Shown: positions 9,383 through 20,200 of the stretch, in pieces
Position numbering within the stretch: the stretch's first letter is position 1
Layout of the letters: the number at the start of each line of letters is the position of its first letter
From: Epithemia pelagica
Lineage: Eukaryota; Protista; Bacillariophyta
Length of the DNA stretch: 64,000 bases
Direction: 5' to 3'
NCBI GenBank assembly: GCA_946965045.2
Contig: OX337236.1
Location: 1,054,001 to 1,118,000, forward strand
Made by a program: the position numbers and the translations under genes
Notes under the pieces: generated by a model
What the model was told of the DNA's origin: nothing
Database searches by the model: none
Seen by the model: the letters and a program-made list of their open reading frames with translations, nothing else

Positions 9383-10989
9383 TGCAAGACTTGATGGGGG
9401 AGATTCAGAGAATTGACGACTCGGTCCCTTTTGCCCCAGGCCTCCCGTTAGCTGTCGACGTCGACGCCCGTCCACAAGGTTACCATGATGTGTATATTGA
9501 CGATATGATACAGTTGTTCTTAGACTGCCAAGAACACCTCCGTCGGGCACCCGGAATTGTCCCACTGGTTCTCCATATGCTTGTCCGTCCCGCTGCACCA
9601 GACGAACCAATCGACAGGAACGACATCCTCGCAGAAGACAAAATGAAAGCGGAAGGCGCTCCCTCCGAAGAGATGCGAGTATTGGGTTGGTTGATTGACA
9701 CGAGGAGAATGTTGATTCGTCTGCCTTACGACAAATACACTTGCTGGTCTCGAGAAATCCGCGAATGGCTCCAACCGAGACGCACATATATCACGTTCCG
9801 AGATCTCGAAAGTTTACTCGGGAAGATGATCCACGGATGCAAGTGCATTCCTCTCGCCCTGTTCTATACAAAGCGGGCCCAAGAATACCGTGAGCACCTC
9901 ATCAAGAAGCACAGGGACAAGATGAAGCAGAAGAAAAATGCCGCGAAGTCTCAGCCACCGAACGGCAAGGACCGTCCGAAGCCCTGGTTCCGCTTCAAGA
10001 TCCCACCGAGCCTCATCCCAGATCTTAGAATATGGCTCAAACTCTTGGACAAAGCATACGCAGGCGTCAGCCTGAACCTTCTGACATGCCGGCAACCAAC
10101 GAACGTGGTGATTGCGGATTCTTGCCCATACGGCATGGGGGGTTTCTCAATTCGGACCGGCAAAGCCTGGCACACCCCGCTGGATCCAGCCATCTATGCC
10201 ATGGCAGCGCACCCCGAGGATATGATGAAAGCGGAGTTCGGCGAAGAGCCCGACTTGAAACTATCGAACAACCTCTTCGAGTTTATTTGCCAAGTGGTGA
10301 CAATTTGGGTAGATTGTTTGGATGGCGTGGTTGACAGCACATCCTCAGTTTTGGGTCTCTCCGACAACAGCTCAGCAACCGGGTGGATGTTCAAGTCATC
10401 CTTTGGCTCAAATAAGCCAAACCACCAGCGGGTTTCGGAAAAACTCACCGAGCTTGTCCTCCAACATGACTTTCAACTCCATCCCGAACATATACTGGGG
10501 AGGATCAATCACGTGACCGATACCCTGTCACGGACGTTTGATTGTTGTGATGCAGACCTAACACAGCAGATTCATTCTTCTTACCCTTCACAGATTCCGA
10601 AGAACTTCCGAATTTGCCCCCTGCCAGACGAAGTGCGATCATGGGTCTCATCGGTCGCGCCGCAGCTGCACGAGTTTTCTTTGGACGCGTCGAATTGTCC
10701 CACCAGGCCATCGACCGCACCTGGAAACGATGGCTCATCCACCTCAAGTTGTTCCGACTCGAATCCGACCCCTTTCTGGACGGCATCACGGCCGTTCGAA
10801 CGAGATCACAAATCATCGGAACTTTCCTTCAACGACTCAGAGACGGCGCTTTCAGCCGCGGGGTTACAGGGCCTCTTCGTGCAACAACTATCGAAAAGGC
10901 CCTTTGCGACGTGGTATCAAAATTCCGGTATCACGACCGGCCAAGCCCCTGCCACGTCCTGGGGTGCAACAAGTACCACCCACTCATAG
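9383..10989 (+). pseudogene. C-terminal half of YR-retroelement RT plus RNase H
   Basis: YIDD catalytic motif and RNase H acidic residues. Joins 15..993 in frame when the Copia and one TSD copy are removed. Confidence 0.9.
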
Positions 10990-11876
10990 AGTCCTTAAAA
11001 AAAGCATGGGCGCAGATTGATCCCGAAGAGAAACGACAAAAGGCAATTACTCCGCGCCATCTCCGTTTCATGTGGGAATACGCCACAAAAGTTCACGGAG
11101 AGATCAACCTTTCGACTTTCGAGGCATGCGTTGCAGATCTCGCATGCGCCGGAAACATACGCTTCAAACGGAACGACGAGTTGAGATCGGAGATCCACCC
11201 AACCCACCCTGACTTCGTCAATCAAGCATTCTTCGTGTCGATTACCTTCACACAACAAAAGTCCGACGCGAAATTCGAAACTCGCACCCAAAGCAAAACA
11301 GCCGACCCAATCCTGTGCCCAGTTCGACTCTGGGGACGCATAATCCGTCGCATACTCCACTATATGCCAGACGCACCCCCAACAACGCCGGTGAATTGTT
11401 GGTTCGACCCCAATCAACTATCCACAACAACAAAACCCAAGCCACGGTTCATTTGCGCCGAGGACACCATCCGTATTCTTCGATCCTCGTGCACGTCCGG
11501 CGGAGGCCACGCCATGTTCGGATACCGCCCAGCCGAAATCGGCACCCATTCTCTCCGATCGGGCACCGCAATGGCCCTCTTCCTTGCGCAAACATCAGTT
11601 CTCAAGATCATGATCTTGGGCAGATGGTCGTCAGCGGCATTCTTGCGGTACATTCGACCTCAGGTCATGGAGTGGACGGTGGGTATGTCCACTGCCATGC
11701 TAACGAACCCCGACTTCCGTCACGTCGACCCAGCGAACAAGACGACAATGCAACAAGGAGATGTTGATGCAATCCAATCAAACCTTGAATCGGCAATCGA
11801 ATCACCCGAAGAGATCACATTCAATGGCTCCGTTGCATTCGGAACCTTCACGTCTCAGCTGAACTTGGAGTTTTGA
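10614..11876 (+). CDS. Tyrosine recombinase of the retroelement (first ATG 10641); first catalytic Arg box appears deleted
   Basis: LCPVR, HSLRSG, GRW and RY catalytic-box motifs are present. Overlaps the RT-RH ORF by about 350 nt in another frame. Confidence 0.88.
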   Translation: MPPARRSAIMGLIGRAAAARVFFGRVELSHQAIDRTWKRWLIHLKLFRLESDPFLDGITAVRTRSQIIGTFLQRLRDGAFSRGVTGPLRATTIEKALCDVVSKFRYHDRPSPCHVLGCNKYHPLIESLKKAWAQIDPEEKRQKAITPRHLRFMWEYATKVHGEINLSTFEACVADLACAGNIRFKRNDELRSEIHPTHPDFVNQAFFVSITFTQQKSDAKFETRTQSKTADPILCPVRLWGRIIRRILHYMPDAPPTTPVNCWFDPNQLSTTTKPKPRFICAEDTIRILRSSCTSGGGHAMFGYRPAEIGTHSLRSGTAMALFLAQTSVLKIMILGRWSSAAFLRYIRPQVMEWTVGMSTAMLTNPDFRHVDPANKTTMQQGDVDAIQSNLESAIESPEEITFNGSVAFGTFTSQLNLEF

Positions 11877-12354
11877 CACCAAGAAGATTCAATCATTCGA
11901 CTGGTCCGAACGCGTGTGTTCTTCAATGGCGGTGGGAGCCAATCTTGGTTCCTTCTGGGCCTTCGGCAAATGAGTGACTACTCCCTAGCTCCTGTCTCTC
12001 TAGCTACATGTGATGACCTTGCGACACAGACCGCTCCAACACTGCAGGATGTGTTCGCTGGGTCTATCCCCGCGAGAAGATGAACTGTTGTATCTATGTC
12101 CGTTGTACGTTGAGCATATGCATGCGCGCGAGTAAACACACGGGACCTTTCGGAGCAATTCCGACTTCCCCAAGTCCACCGTCTGTCCGTAGACGCTGAT
12201 CGCACATTCCAAATTCCCAGCAAACAGCACGGCATTTGGATTTGTGCTTGGTTGCTTGGTACCTTGTGTTGCAAATCGTACAAGCAACTCTATCGTTACA
12301 GCATTGCATTGTAACGAAGTTAAAAGCATTTGTCTGTCACTACGTCAAGCAAAA

Positions 12355-12585
12355 ATGGATCACCATCAACAACAGCAACAACACCAACGGCAGCAGCAGC
12401 AACAACAACAGGTGGTGTACAATCAGGCGGTTCATCATCATGGTGGCCCATCGTTGCAACAGCAGCTGATGAATCAACAGCAGCCACCGCCGCAACAACA
12501 GCCACACCAGCCGCCTCGACAACCACCTACCATGGCACAAGCTCCTCCTCCACAGCAGAGCATGGCACCACAGCAACCTCCTCCA

Positions 12586-12617
<32 letters not shown>

Positions 12618-12950
12618 TCAGATGCACGGTGGTGATCCCAATATGCATCGGTTGCCTATTCGAGCATATTTGGATCAGACGGTTGTTCCCATTTTGCTGG
12701 ATGGTAAGTCTGACTTGAACAAACGTACATTGTACTTCATGACTGGCGAAAATGGTTCTCATTCTCAGTTCTCACGCTTCCTCGTCCTGTCATTTGCTTC
12801 ATTTTCACTTCCCGGTTGATTCGTACAGGTATGTCGGAGCTTGTCAAGGAGCGTCCTCCAAATCCCGTGGAATGGTTGGCGAGCTATCTGTTGGCCAACG
12901 ATCCACAGAAAAAGACGGGTGCCGCAGCAGCGGCGCCAGGGAGGGGATAA
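12355..12950 (+). CDS. DPY30: DPY-30 domain protein with Gln/Pro/His-rich N-terminus; intron 12704..12828
   Basis: LPIRAYLDQTVVPILLDG joined across GTAAGT...ACAG gives GMSELVKERPPNPVEWLASYLL, the Dpy-30 motif. Confidence 0.93.
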
Positions 12951-13144
12951 GCATTGCGAATCGAAATGAGCCTTAATACAAAGGTCAAGAAATCTCTGGG
13001 TAATTGTTGTAATTTCGGGAATCATTGCCAAATGAAAAACGTGCCTTTGAAGAGTCATGAAGCAATAAACAACACCAAAAAAGAGTCTTCTAGCATGCCA
13101 TATTTATTTTATTCTAGATGAAACAGCAAATAAAGTACTCCTAC

Positions 13145-13247
13145 GAAACTCATTCTGGGGTTCTATCTCACTTACATTGAGTTCTATCCAGCATCCACAT
13201 GAAGCTCATTCTGAGATTCTATCTCACTTGCATTGGGTTCTATCCAG
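13145..13247. repeat. Imperfect tandem duplication of a 47-bp unit (period 56)
   Basis: GAAACTCATTCTGGGGTTCTATCTCACTTACATTGAGTTCTATCCAG at 13145 and a 5-mismatch copy at 13201. Confidence 0.85.
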
Positions 13248-13286
13248 ATGACGAACGGAAGAATAAATGCTTTTGTGTATCGTTGC

Positions 13287-13784
13287 TCACCCGAGATGAT
13301 AACGATAAATCCCAGCCACTACCCACGCAAAGGAAATACCTCCAAAGACAAGGGAATTCCGTGGTGGAAGGCGTCTTGCGAGATTCCAGAATCCATTTGG
13401 TGTATTCCCTATCGACTTATTCTGGTTTACCTGTGCCACAACAAACTCCTCATGCGCCAGGTGTCCAAAATATAAAGCCAACCCACTACAAGTGATCACA
13501 CCAGCCCACAAACATGACGGACACGAATGGGGAGTTTCTTCAAGCCTTTGTTGCTTCACATTTATTTCTTGTTCCGTGAGATATTGTCGCGGAAGATGTT
13601 GCTGTGAAGAGATTGGACGAGTGGCCGTTCCATGTTGTAAAGATGAAAGGTTCTTATTGATGCTCCGAGTGTCGAAATCACTACTTTTCAGATTATTTTC
13701 CGTAAGTATTTTGTGTTCGATATTGATGCTACCTTGAGGATGCGTGGATGAAATTTGATCGGTCGTGGACGGTTCCAGTGCCAT
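13287..13784 (-). CDS. Small two-TM membrane protein, DUF4536/DMAC1-like
   Basis: CPSCLWAGVITCSGLALYF followed by a second hydrophobic helix ending AGIYRYHLG. The start at MALEPS is inferred. Confidence 0.6.
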   Translation of the reverse strand: MALEPSTTDQISSTHPQGSINIEHKILTENNLKSSDFDTRSINKNLSSLQHGTATRPISSQQHLPRQYLTEQEINVKQQRLEETPHSCPSCLWAGVITCSGLALYFGHLAHEEFVVAQVNQNKSIGNTPNGFWNLARRLPPRNSLVFGGISFAWVVAGIYRYHLG

Positions 13785-13914
13785 TGTCGTCGTCTGAAGA
13801 TATGGAAAGATATCTACAAAAAAGCCGCTCGTAGGTGACGTCATAAAGATGAACCATAATCTTACCGGGACTTGCGATTTTTTCAAGAAAAAACCGACGA
13901 CATGTTCCTGAACC

Positions 13915-15051
13915 ATGAGTTCTCTGGCGGCTACGCAAGCCGACGGATACTATCTGCCACCTGAATATTACGATTCTGGGGCGTACAAGAAGGAAGGCAA
14001 GAATGAGTGGTACAAGAAGAACCACCAGAATCACAAGTGTCACAAGAATCAACCACAATCAACACCTCAAGTTGTGGTACGATTCGAATTGGTGGATGCT
14101 TGTGTCTGTGAAAGTTGTGGAACTCGGATCGGGAAAGGAACTCGATTCAATGCGTCCAAAGAACGGGTAGGAAGTTATCTCGGCAATGACCAATGTCCCA
14201 TTTATCAATTTAACACGAAATGTCGTATCTGTGGCCATTCCTTTGTCATTCGCACCGATCCTGCCAGTCGAGGCTTCGCGTATGGACCAGGGATTCGACA
14301 GCAACAACGACAGTGGGATGCCCATGATGTGCATGGACTCGTCTCAAGGAAAGGACATTATCACGAGGATGACGAAGAAGGTGAAGAAGAGGAAGAAGAA
14401 CACGTGTTGGCTCAGTTGGAGGCCAAAGCTGTATCTCATTCCTCTCAATCCCCCCACAAACAACAAAGAATGACTGATTTGGACCAATTGAAAGCGCTCC
14501 AGAAACAGAATAAATTGGTCTACTTTGATGACGGATTACAGAATGCGAAATTACGTCACGTCTTTAGAGCAAAGCGCAGAGAACGGCAGCGACAGGCACA
14601 AGTGGTTGCATCGATGGGATGGAAAAGTAACTTGGCGCTTTTACCTGACTCGGTTGAGGACACGTGTCAGGCAGCACATCAAACTTTTGGACCTTCTGCG
14701 CACGAAAAACAGCACATGAAATGGAGACGACTCCATGAATCTTCCATCTTTGCGGCCACGAAACAAAGGAAACGTCCTCATCCGACAACGATAGCCCCGG
14801 AACCCACTTCTTCCTCCATGGTACCTTGTCAGCCCGTGAAAGTCGAACCACTTACATCTTCAGAGAAATCTCCCATTGTCAAGACAGAGCAAAGAAAAAG
14901 GAGAAACATTTCATTATGGAACTTGACCAAACAGGAAAGGTCTACATTACAGATTCAAAATGACACTCATGATAACCCGCCGGCACAATCAATAAGTGTC
15001 CTCTCATCAATGTTGGACGGCTACGAGAGCTCTTCAGAGGAGGAAAGCTAG
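13915..15051 (+). CDS. CCDC130: Saf4/Yju2 (CWC16) family splicing factor, CCDC130-like
   Basis: ADGYYLPPEY, VVRFEL, CESC..IGKGTRFNA.K, IYQF..KC..C..FVIRTDP: the Zn-binding Yju2 signature. Confidence 0.88.
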   Translation: MSSLAATQADGYYLPPEYYDSGAYKKEGKNEWYKKNHQNHKCHKNQPQSTPQVVVRFELVDACVCESCGTRIGKGTRFNASKERVGSYLGNDQCPIYQFNTKCRICGHSFVIRTDPASRGFAYGPGIRQQQRQWDAHDVHGLVSRKGHYHEDDEEGEEEEEEHVLAQLEAKAVSHSSQSPHKQQRMTDLDQLKALQKQNKLVYFDDGLQNAKLRHVFRAKRRERQRQAQVVASMGWKSNLALLPDSVEDTCQAAHQTFGPSAHEKQHMKWRRLHESSIFAATKQRKRPHPTTIAPEPTSSSMVPCQPVKVEPLTSSEKSPIVKTEQRKRRNISLWNLTKQERSTLQIQNDTHDNPPAQSISVLSSMLDGYESSSEEES

Positions 15052-15570
15052 AGGTGACATCTACGAGGTCTTTACAAGACGTCTTCCCATTGCTCGGCAT
15101 ACTGTCCGCAATGTGGAAGCCTTGAAAGTGAAAGGAGACCAAGCAAAAGTCATCACACAAAACTTGATAAACATGGCGAAATTTCGACCGTGAGTTTTCT
15201 GCATGGATTGTCACGGTAGAAAGGTTCAGCATCACCTCTGTTGCCGACTATTCCTTGGTGTGAAACTTGTGCATGAGCTAGTTGTTACACGCTCATCTCT
15301 CGAGGTGAAGGTGTCTCAAAAAGCCAAGAAATCGCCGCTCCGAAAGTTCAGGGTTAAACCTGCAACACGTAGTGGTGAAGAGGTTGAGAGCAACTTGACA
15401 TTCAACGTTCTCCAATCCATGGTATACGACTTCACATGCTTCACGAGGAGCCACTCTCTGTAGATTGGCTACAAGAACATTTTTTCCTTTACGTCTCGTA
15501 GTTATTGTAGAGGTGGGGAGTCACAATGTAAAATGGATGAACTGTATAAGGGCGCTTTGAGGAATCGGCC

Positions 15571-16755
15571 TCAAAATGACATGTCCAATTCTTTCTCGTC
15601 TTGGCTTGTGGCCACATGGTCCAACGAAGTGAATAGGGGCGGCGACAAAGATGACGAGTTGCAAGTGGAATGAACCAATGCGGCGATAGGAACCATGGTG
15701 CTTGTCATGGCCGTTGGTATTGAGTTGGTTGAGGAAGCGCCAGGAACGACATGCATTTCCTGCCAGTCGTATATGCGTAAATTATAGAGGAGCATATGCG
15801 TTGTACCTTCCCACGGACCTTCGTGCTTATCCGTCAGTTGATTGTAGCAGCCGTTGACAATGTTATGATACAAATCCCATTGCGATTGACGATTGGCTTG
15901 TCCAACAATAATACATGTACTGCCACCACCCTGTTCATTACCCACATATTGAAGGTCGTTTTCCCTATCCTTGTGGGATAAAAGAGAGGAGGACTGCTTC
16001 CGAAATTGTTGCATGGCATCCATCAAGGGTCGAATCAGATAAAAGTAGTAGGCAAGATCAGTGCCCAGAATCACATGGAAGACATGTCGCAAGTCTCCGT
16101 GCAACTTTTCATTATGGGAATCTCTCCAGTCTAGCTGTCGACTCAGTATCTGCGTCGTGGAATTCTCTGTCTCATCAAAGGTTTTCGTCTGTTGTACAAT
16201 GTCATTGTCGTTGTCGGTCAAGTCGACACGATGAGCCATGCCTTGAGAGGCCAAGAGGCGTCCTGGCAATCCCAAACCAGCGCCCAGTTCCAACACGTTT
16301 TTGCCTTGAACCATGTTTTGCAGTGTTTTTGTTTGAGTCAAAATAGCTGCCGCGAGTGCACTCGGCCACAAGGTTGCACCCAATGGTGTCTCGTCCTGCA
16401 GAAACGGCAAGTTCAACGACTGTACTACTTCCTGCGACTCACCGCTGCTCTCACTGTCCACCGCTTTGAGGTTGTCACTCGCCGACACTTCAATCCCAAC
16501 GCGAATGTCATACCTTCTTTGGTCCTCATCTCGCACCTCTTGAATCCATCCAATACGTAGGGTTTCGTTCTTGGTGGTAGTCCGTAGCTGTTGTTGTTGC
16601 GTCACCAATGACGGACTCCAAGGTTCCAGCACACAGGTTCGGACCTGGAGACTGTCGACGACGGGAATCCACCAAGTATAGATGGCTACGATACGAGCCA
16701 TTACCGGGACCCACTGGAGGAGGTTTTGGTCGGTTGGTATTCGTTTGGATTTCAT
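15571..16755 (-). CDS. SAM-dependent methyltransferase (Methyltransf_16/METTL21-like) with N-terminal signal-like peptide
   Basis: GATLWPSA, NVLELGAGLG, LTDND, LDW, ILGTDLAY motifs. The start at MKSKRIP is inferred; the ORF-finder extension to 17544 is antisense to the HMGS gene. Confidence 0.88.
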   Translation of the reverse strand: MKSKRIPTDQNLLQWVPVMARIVAIYTWWIPVVDSLQVRTCVLEPWSPSLVTQQQQLRTTTKNETLRIGWIQEVRDEDQRRYDIRVGIEVSASDNLKAVDSESSGESQEVVQSLNLPFLQDETPLGATLWPSALAAAILTQTKTLQNMVQGKNVLELGAGLGLPGRLLASQGMAHRVDLTDNDNDIVQQTKTFDETENSTTQILSRQLDWRDSHNEKLHGDLRHVFHVILGTDLAYYFYLIRPLMDAMQQFRKQSSSLLSHKDRENDLQYVGNEQGGGSTCIIVGQANRQSQWDLYHNIVNGCYNQLTDKHEGPWEGTTHMLLYNLRIYDWQEMHVVPGASSTNSIPTAMTSTMVPIAALVHSTCNSSSLSPPLFTSLDHVATSQDEKELDMSF

Positions 16756-17274
16756 CGTGGCGTTTGAAAGAAAAGCAATGAGAAAAATTGTGGACTCATT
16801 CAAGAGTGGACAGGCACCACAACAAAAATTTGCGGAAGCCACAAAATAGTCTGTGGGTGTGGGGGCAGACTCGCCCCGCGCGCCATTATGTAATCCGCGA
16901 CCTCTCCGTCTCAGTCGCATTCCCCCAAGGGTGATGCCACCACGACCACGTCGCACGCGTCCAAGCCAAAGAAAGTCGCACCCAGTCGCGTATTGATGTC
17001 GTTCAGCTGTCGTCCACGCCACGCCAGCAACACCAGCAGTCAAAAACTTGGCTTGGGGACGAGTGCGACACGCACACACACAAAACCACGACGACGAATC
17101 GACCAAGAAGAAGCCAAACCTTGCACATCCGGGATTTTGTTCTTCCTGTTTGATTCTTGATACTTGCGAGAGTGACAGCAACGATCCAAGATCCAAACAG
17201 ATTCTTGGCAGTGGCATCAAGAATTGCAGCTTCTCTGTTTTGATGGTGAGAACCGGCTCATTTGAAACTAAGCC

Positions 17275-20200
17275 ATGACACTTCCCACCAATGCTACAAC
17301 ATCTTCCGACAATGCGCCGACGGCCGTCGGCATGCCAACCCCCAATGGCCACACGATGAACGACAAACATGTGGGAATCTTGGCCATGGAAGTGTACACA
17401 CCTCGTACATATGTGAAACAAAGTGCGTTGGAGGAACACAGTGGTATTCCGGCTGGAAAATACACGCTTGGTTTGGGTCAGGAAGCATTGGGAATTACGG
17501 GGGATGCCGAAGATGTCAACTCCCTCTGTTTGACCGTCGTCCACAGCCTGTTGGAAAAGTACGTACGCGACGTGATTGTTTCAGGAAACAAGAGCAGGAG
17601 ATTGTTGGACAAGAGCAGCGGGCTCTCTAGTGTGCTTTGTCGACCGCGATGGTTAGTGTTGTTTTGGTGTACAATGACGGCATTGTCCTGAATCTTTGTG
17701 ACAGAGGTGAATGGATATGGAGTTGGCGAGGATGCTGTGGTATCATGGTGTTGTATTCGTGTTCGAACCCTGATTGACATGGTCTTACGCCTGGTTCTTA
17801 CTTTTTCTCTGGCCTTTCCTGTTCCTTTCTTGTTGTCTTCCAGATATGACATTGACCCCCAATCCGTGGGTCGTTTAGAAGTGGGAACGGAAACATTGGT
17901 GGACAAATCCAAGTCCAGCAAGACTGTGTTGATGAGTTTGTTTCCTCACAATACGGACATGGAAGGTGCGACGGTTGTGAACGCGTGTTACGGCGGAACA
18001 TCGGCATTGCTCAATGCCTTTTATTGGTGTGAATCGAGTGGTTGGGATGGTCGCTATGCCATTGTCGTGGCGGCTGACATTGCCGCATATGCGCGTGGAC
18101 CGGCAAGACCCACTTCGGGCGTGGGAGCTGTGGCCTTTTTGGTGGGACGCGATGCTCCCTTGGCCTTTGCACCGCATTTGCGAGCCACACATGCCGCCCA
18201 TGTCTGGGATTTCTTCAAACCGGATCATACAGTGGAATATCCGACCGTCAATGGACAATTGTCTCAAGTTTGTTACTTTCAGGCACTCGAAGATTGCTAT
18301 GGACGATTTGCGCAAAAAATGGAGAGGGAACTGTCTACGAACGATGGAAAACAACAACTTTCCGAACAGAATGACGAAGCTGCCAGTGACGCATTTGACG
18401 CCACCTTTCCGGATTATTGGGTGTTTCATTCTCCCTACAACAAGCTGGTCCAGAAATCGTATGCCCGTCTCTTTTTGTTGGATGCACGACGCCGCTATCA
18501 GCAGAAACTGGCCCAGCGTCGACAAACCGGCAGTGGTATTGACGACGAGAAGAAGGATGAAGACTTGTTGTTAGCCTTGGGAAAGGGTCCCTTGCGTGAT
18601 TGGTTGGCCAAGCCCATTGAAGAAACCTATGCGGACAAGGCTTTGGAAAAAGCCTTGAAAGGAGTGTCTGGCAAAGATTATCAGATGCGATTGGCCGATG
18701 CCAATGCTGCTAGCGTTGTCGTTGGCAACACATATGCCGCTTCGGTCTTTTTGGGATTGGCGTCTTTGGTTGATCGGGCTGGACGAAGAGAGGAAAATGG
18801 ATTGACTCATGGCAAACGAATCTCCCTCTTTTCCTACGGATCCGGTGCCATGGCAACCATGTATTGCCTTAATGTGTAAGTTTATTGGTTGAATTTTTGC
18901 TGGTGGTTTGTTCGCATCCAATGTCAGTTTGGAGACTAACAATCCTCGATGAACCGCATGTTGTTAAACAAGCAGTCGCAATCCCACTATGCAGACGAAG
19001 TTCACCTGTCAGTACATTGCAGAAACGATGCAGCTGACGGAACGCCTTGCCAACCGAGAGGAAGTTCATCCCGGAGATTTGGATCACGCCTTGGAAACGC
19101 GTGCTCGCATGCATCGTGCTGGAGCACCGTATAGTCCAGTCTACCCCACGGTCGGTCGTTTATTCCCTGGCACGTATTATCTTAATGGCATTGACTCTCA
19201 ATGGCAGAGAACCTATAGTAGAGTTCCGTTGGATGCACCTTTGGAAGTTCCGGTAAAGAACGGGCAGACAAATGGAGATAAATCCCCTCATCATGTCCCA
19301 TTGGCACCACCCATCGTACTACGTTTGGCACAACACGACGCCGTGTCTCATCCAGTCACGGGAAAGCTTCAGGTGATGAGCAGCACCGAGGAAGGAAACG
19401 CGGACCAACATACCGAGGTTCGCCGACGCATTGCCTGTGTTATTACAGGAACTGCTGCTGGTCTTCCGGGAGGTGAACAGGTGTTTAACGAGAATAATAT
19501 GGAGCGTCTCATTGCCGGAGAGCAATGTATTGGACCCATTTCGGCCGAGGCTAAAGAGGCGATGCTCGAAAAGAATGTTGTACAAATTCGCAAGAATGCA
19601 GACAAATCATTGGAGAAGGTCAAAGTGAATAATGAAGAAACTGTCATCAAACTGGCTGCTCAGTTGGGATCATTTTGCTTAACTGGAGCTTACGGCGTCC
19701 CAGCCGGATTGGCTCAAACGATGGACTTGGCTGCTCAAGTGGCGGTCGCCGCAGGAATGGAAGCATTGAAAAACGCTGGTTTGGTGAGTGGGAAATCCAG
19801 CGATCCTGAGGAGTGGAAGTTACCAGAACGATATCGTGATGGAACGGGTGTCGTGTACGCTAGTTCCTTCCCGGCAATGGATGCCGCTGTGGGTGAGGTG
19901 ATGCGATTCCTCAAGTCCAAAACGGTTGGTGCGGCGGGTGCCATGAGGCTTGTGTCAGCTTTGCGTGAACGAATGGCCCTGAATCTTGCCGCGATGGACA
20001 ACGGCGACGGATCTTCCCTTTCAGATGAAGATGAAGCTGCCTTTGCCCATTTGATTGCTCGATGTGGTCAGATATCACAGTCATCTGTTTCTAGCGAAGA
20101 TCAGCATGCATATGAATTTGATCGTAAATTCTTATTCCGTGTGTTGGTTTTGGGAAATGCTCAACTGGCACAATTAGCTGGTTGCCGTGGACCCAATACT

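Larger units (their letters stand above)
1..11876 (+). mobile_element. Tyrosine-recombinase retrotransposon (DIRS/Ngaro-like): RT-RNaseH ORF plus overlapping YR ORF, interrupted by a Copia insertion; 5' end outside window, 3' terminus unresolved
   Basis: RT motifs KFDCGSAYRR and LSFGG in 15..993 and YHDVYIDD after 9383. RNase H motifs ADSCPYGMGG, NNLFEF, LSDNSSA, HILGRINHVTD. An overlapping +strand ORF carries HSLRSG...ILGRWSS..FLRYIR. The RT-RH-YR order with overlapping frames is the established layout of YR retroelements. Confidence 0.9.

Noticed and set aside
13784-13915. 130-bp divergent gene spacing as a special bidirectional system
   Set aside because: Short head-to-head spacing is ordinary in compact diatom genomes.
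16756-17544. N-terminal 260-aa extension of the methyltransferase ORF
   Set aside because: It overlaps the HMGS first exon in antisense and the shared promoter, and has non-protein-like composition.
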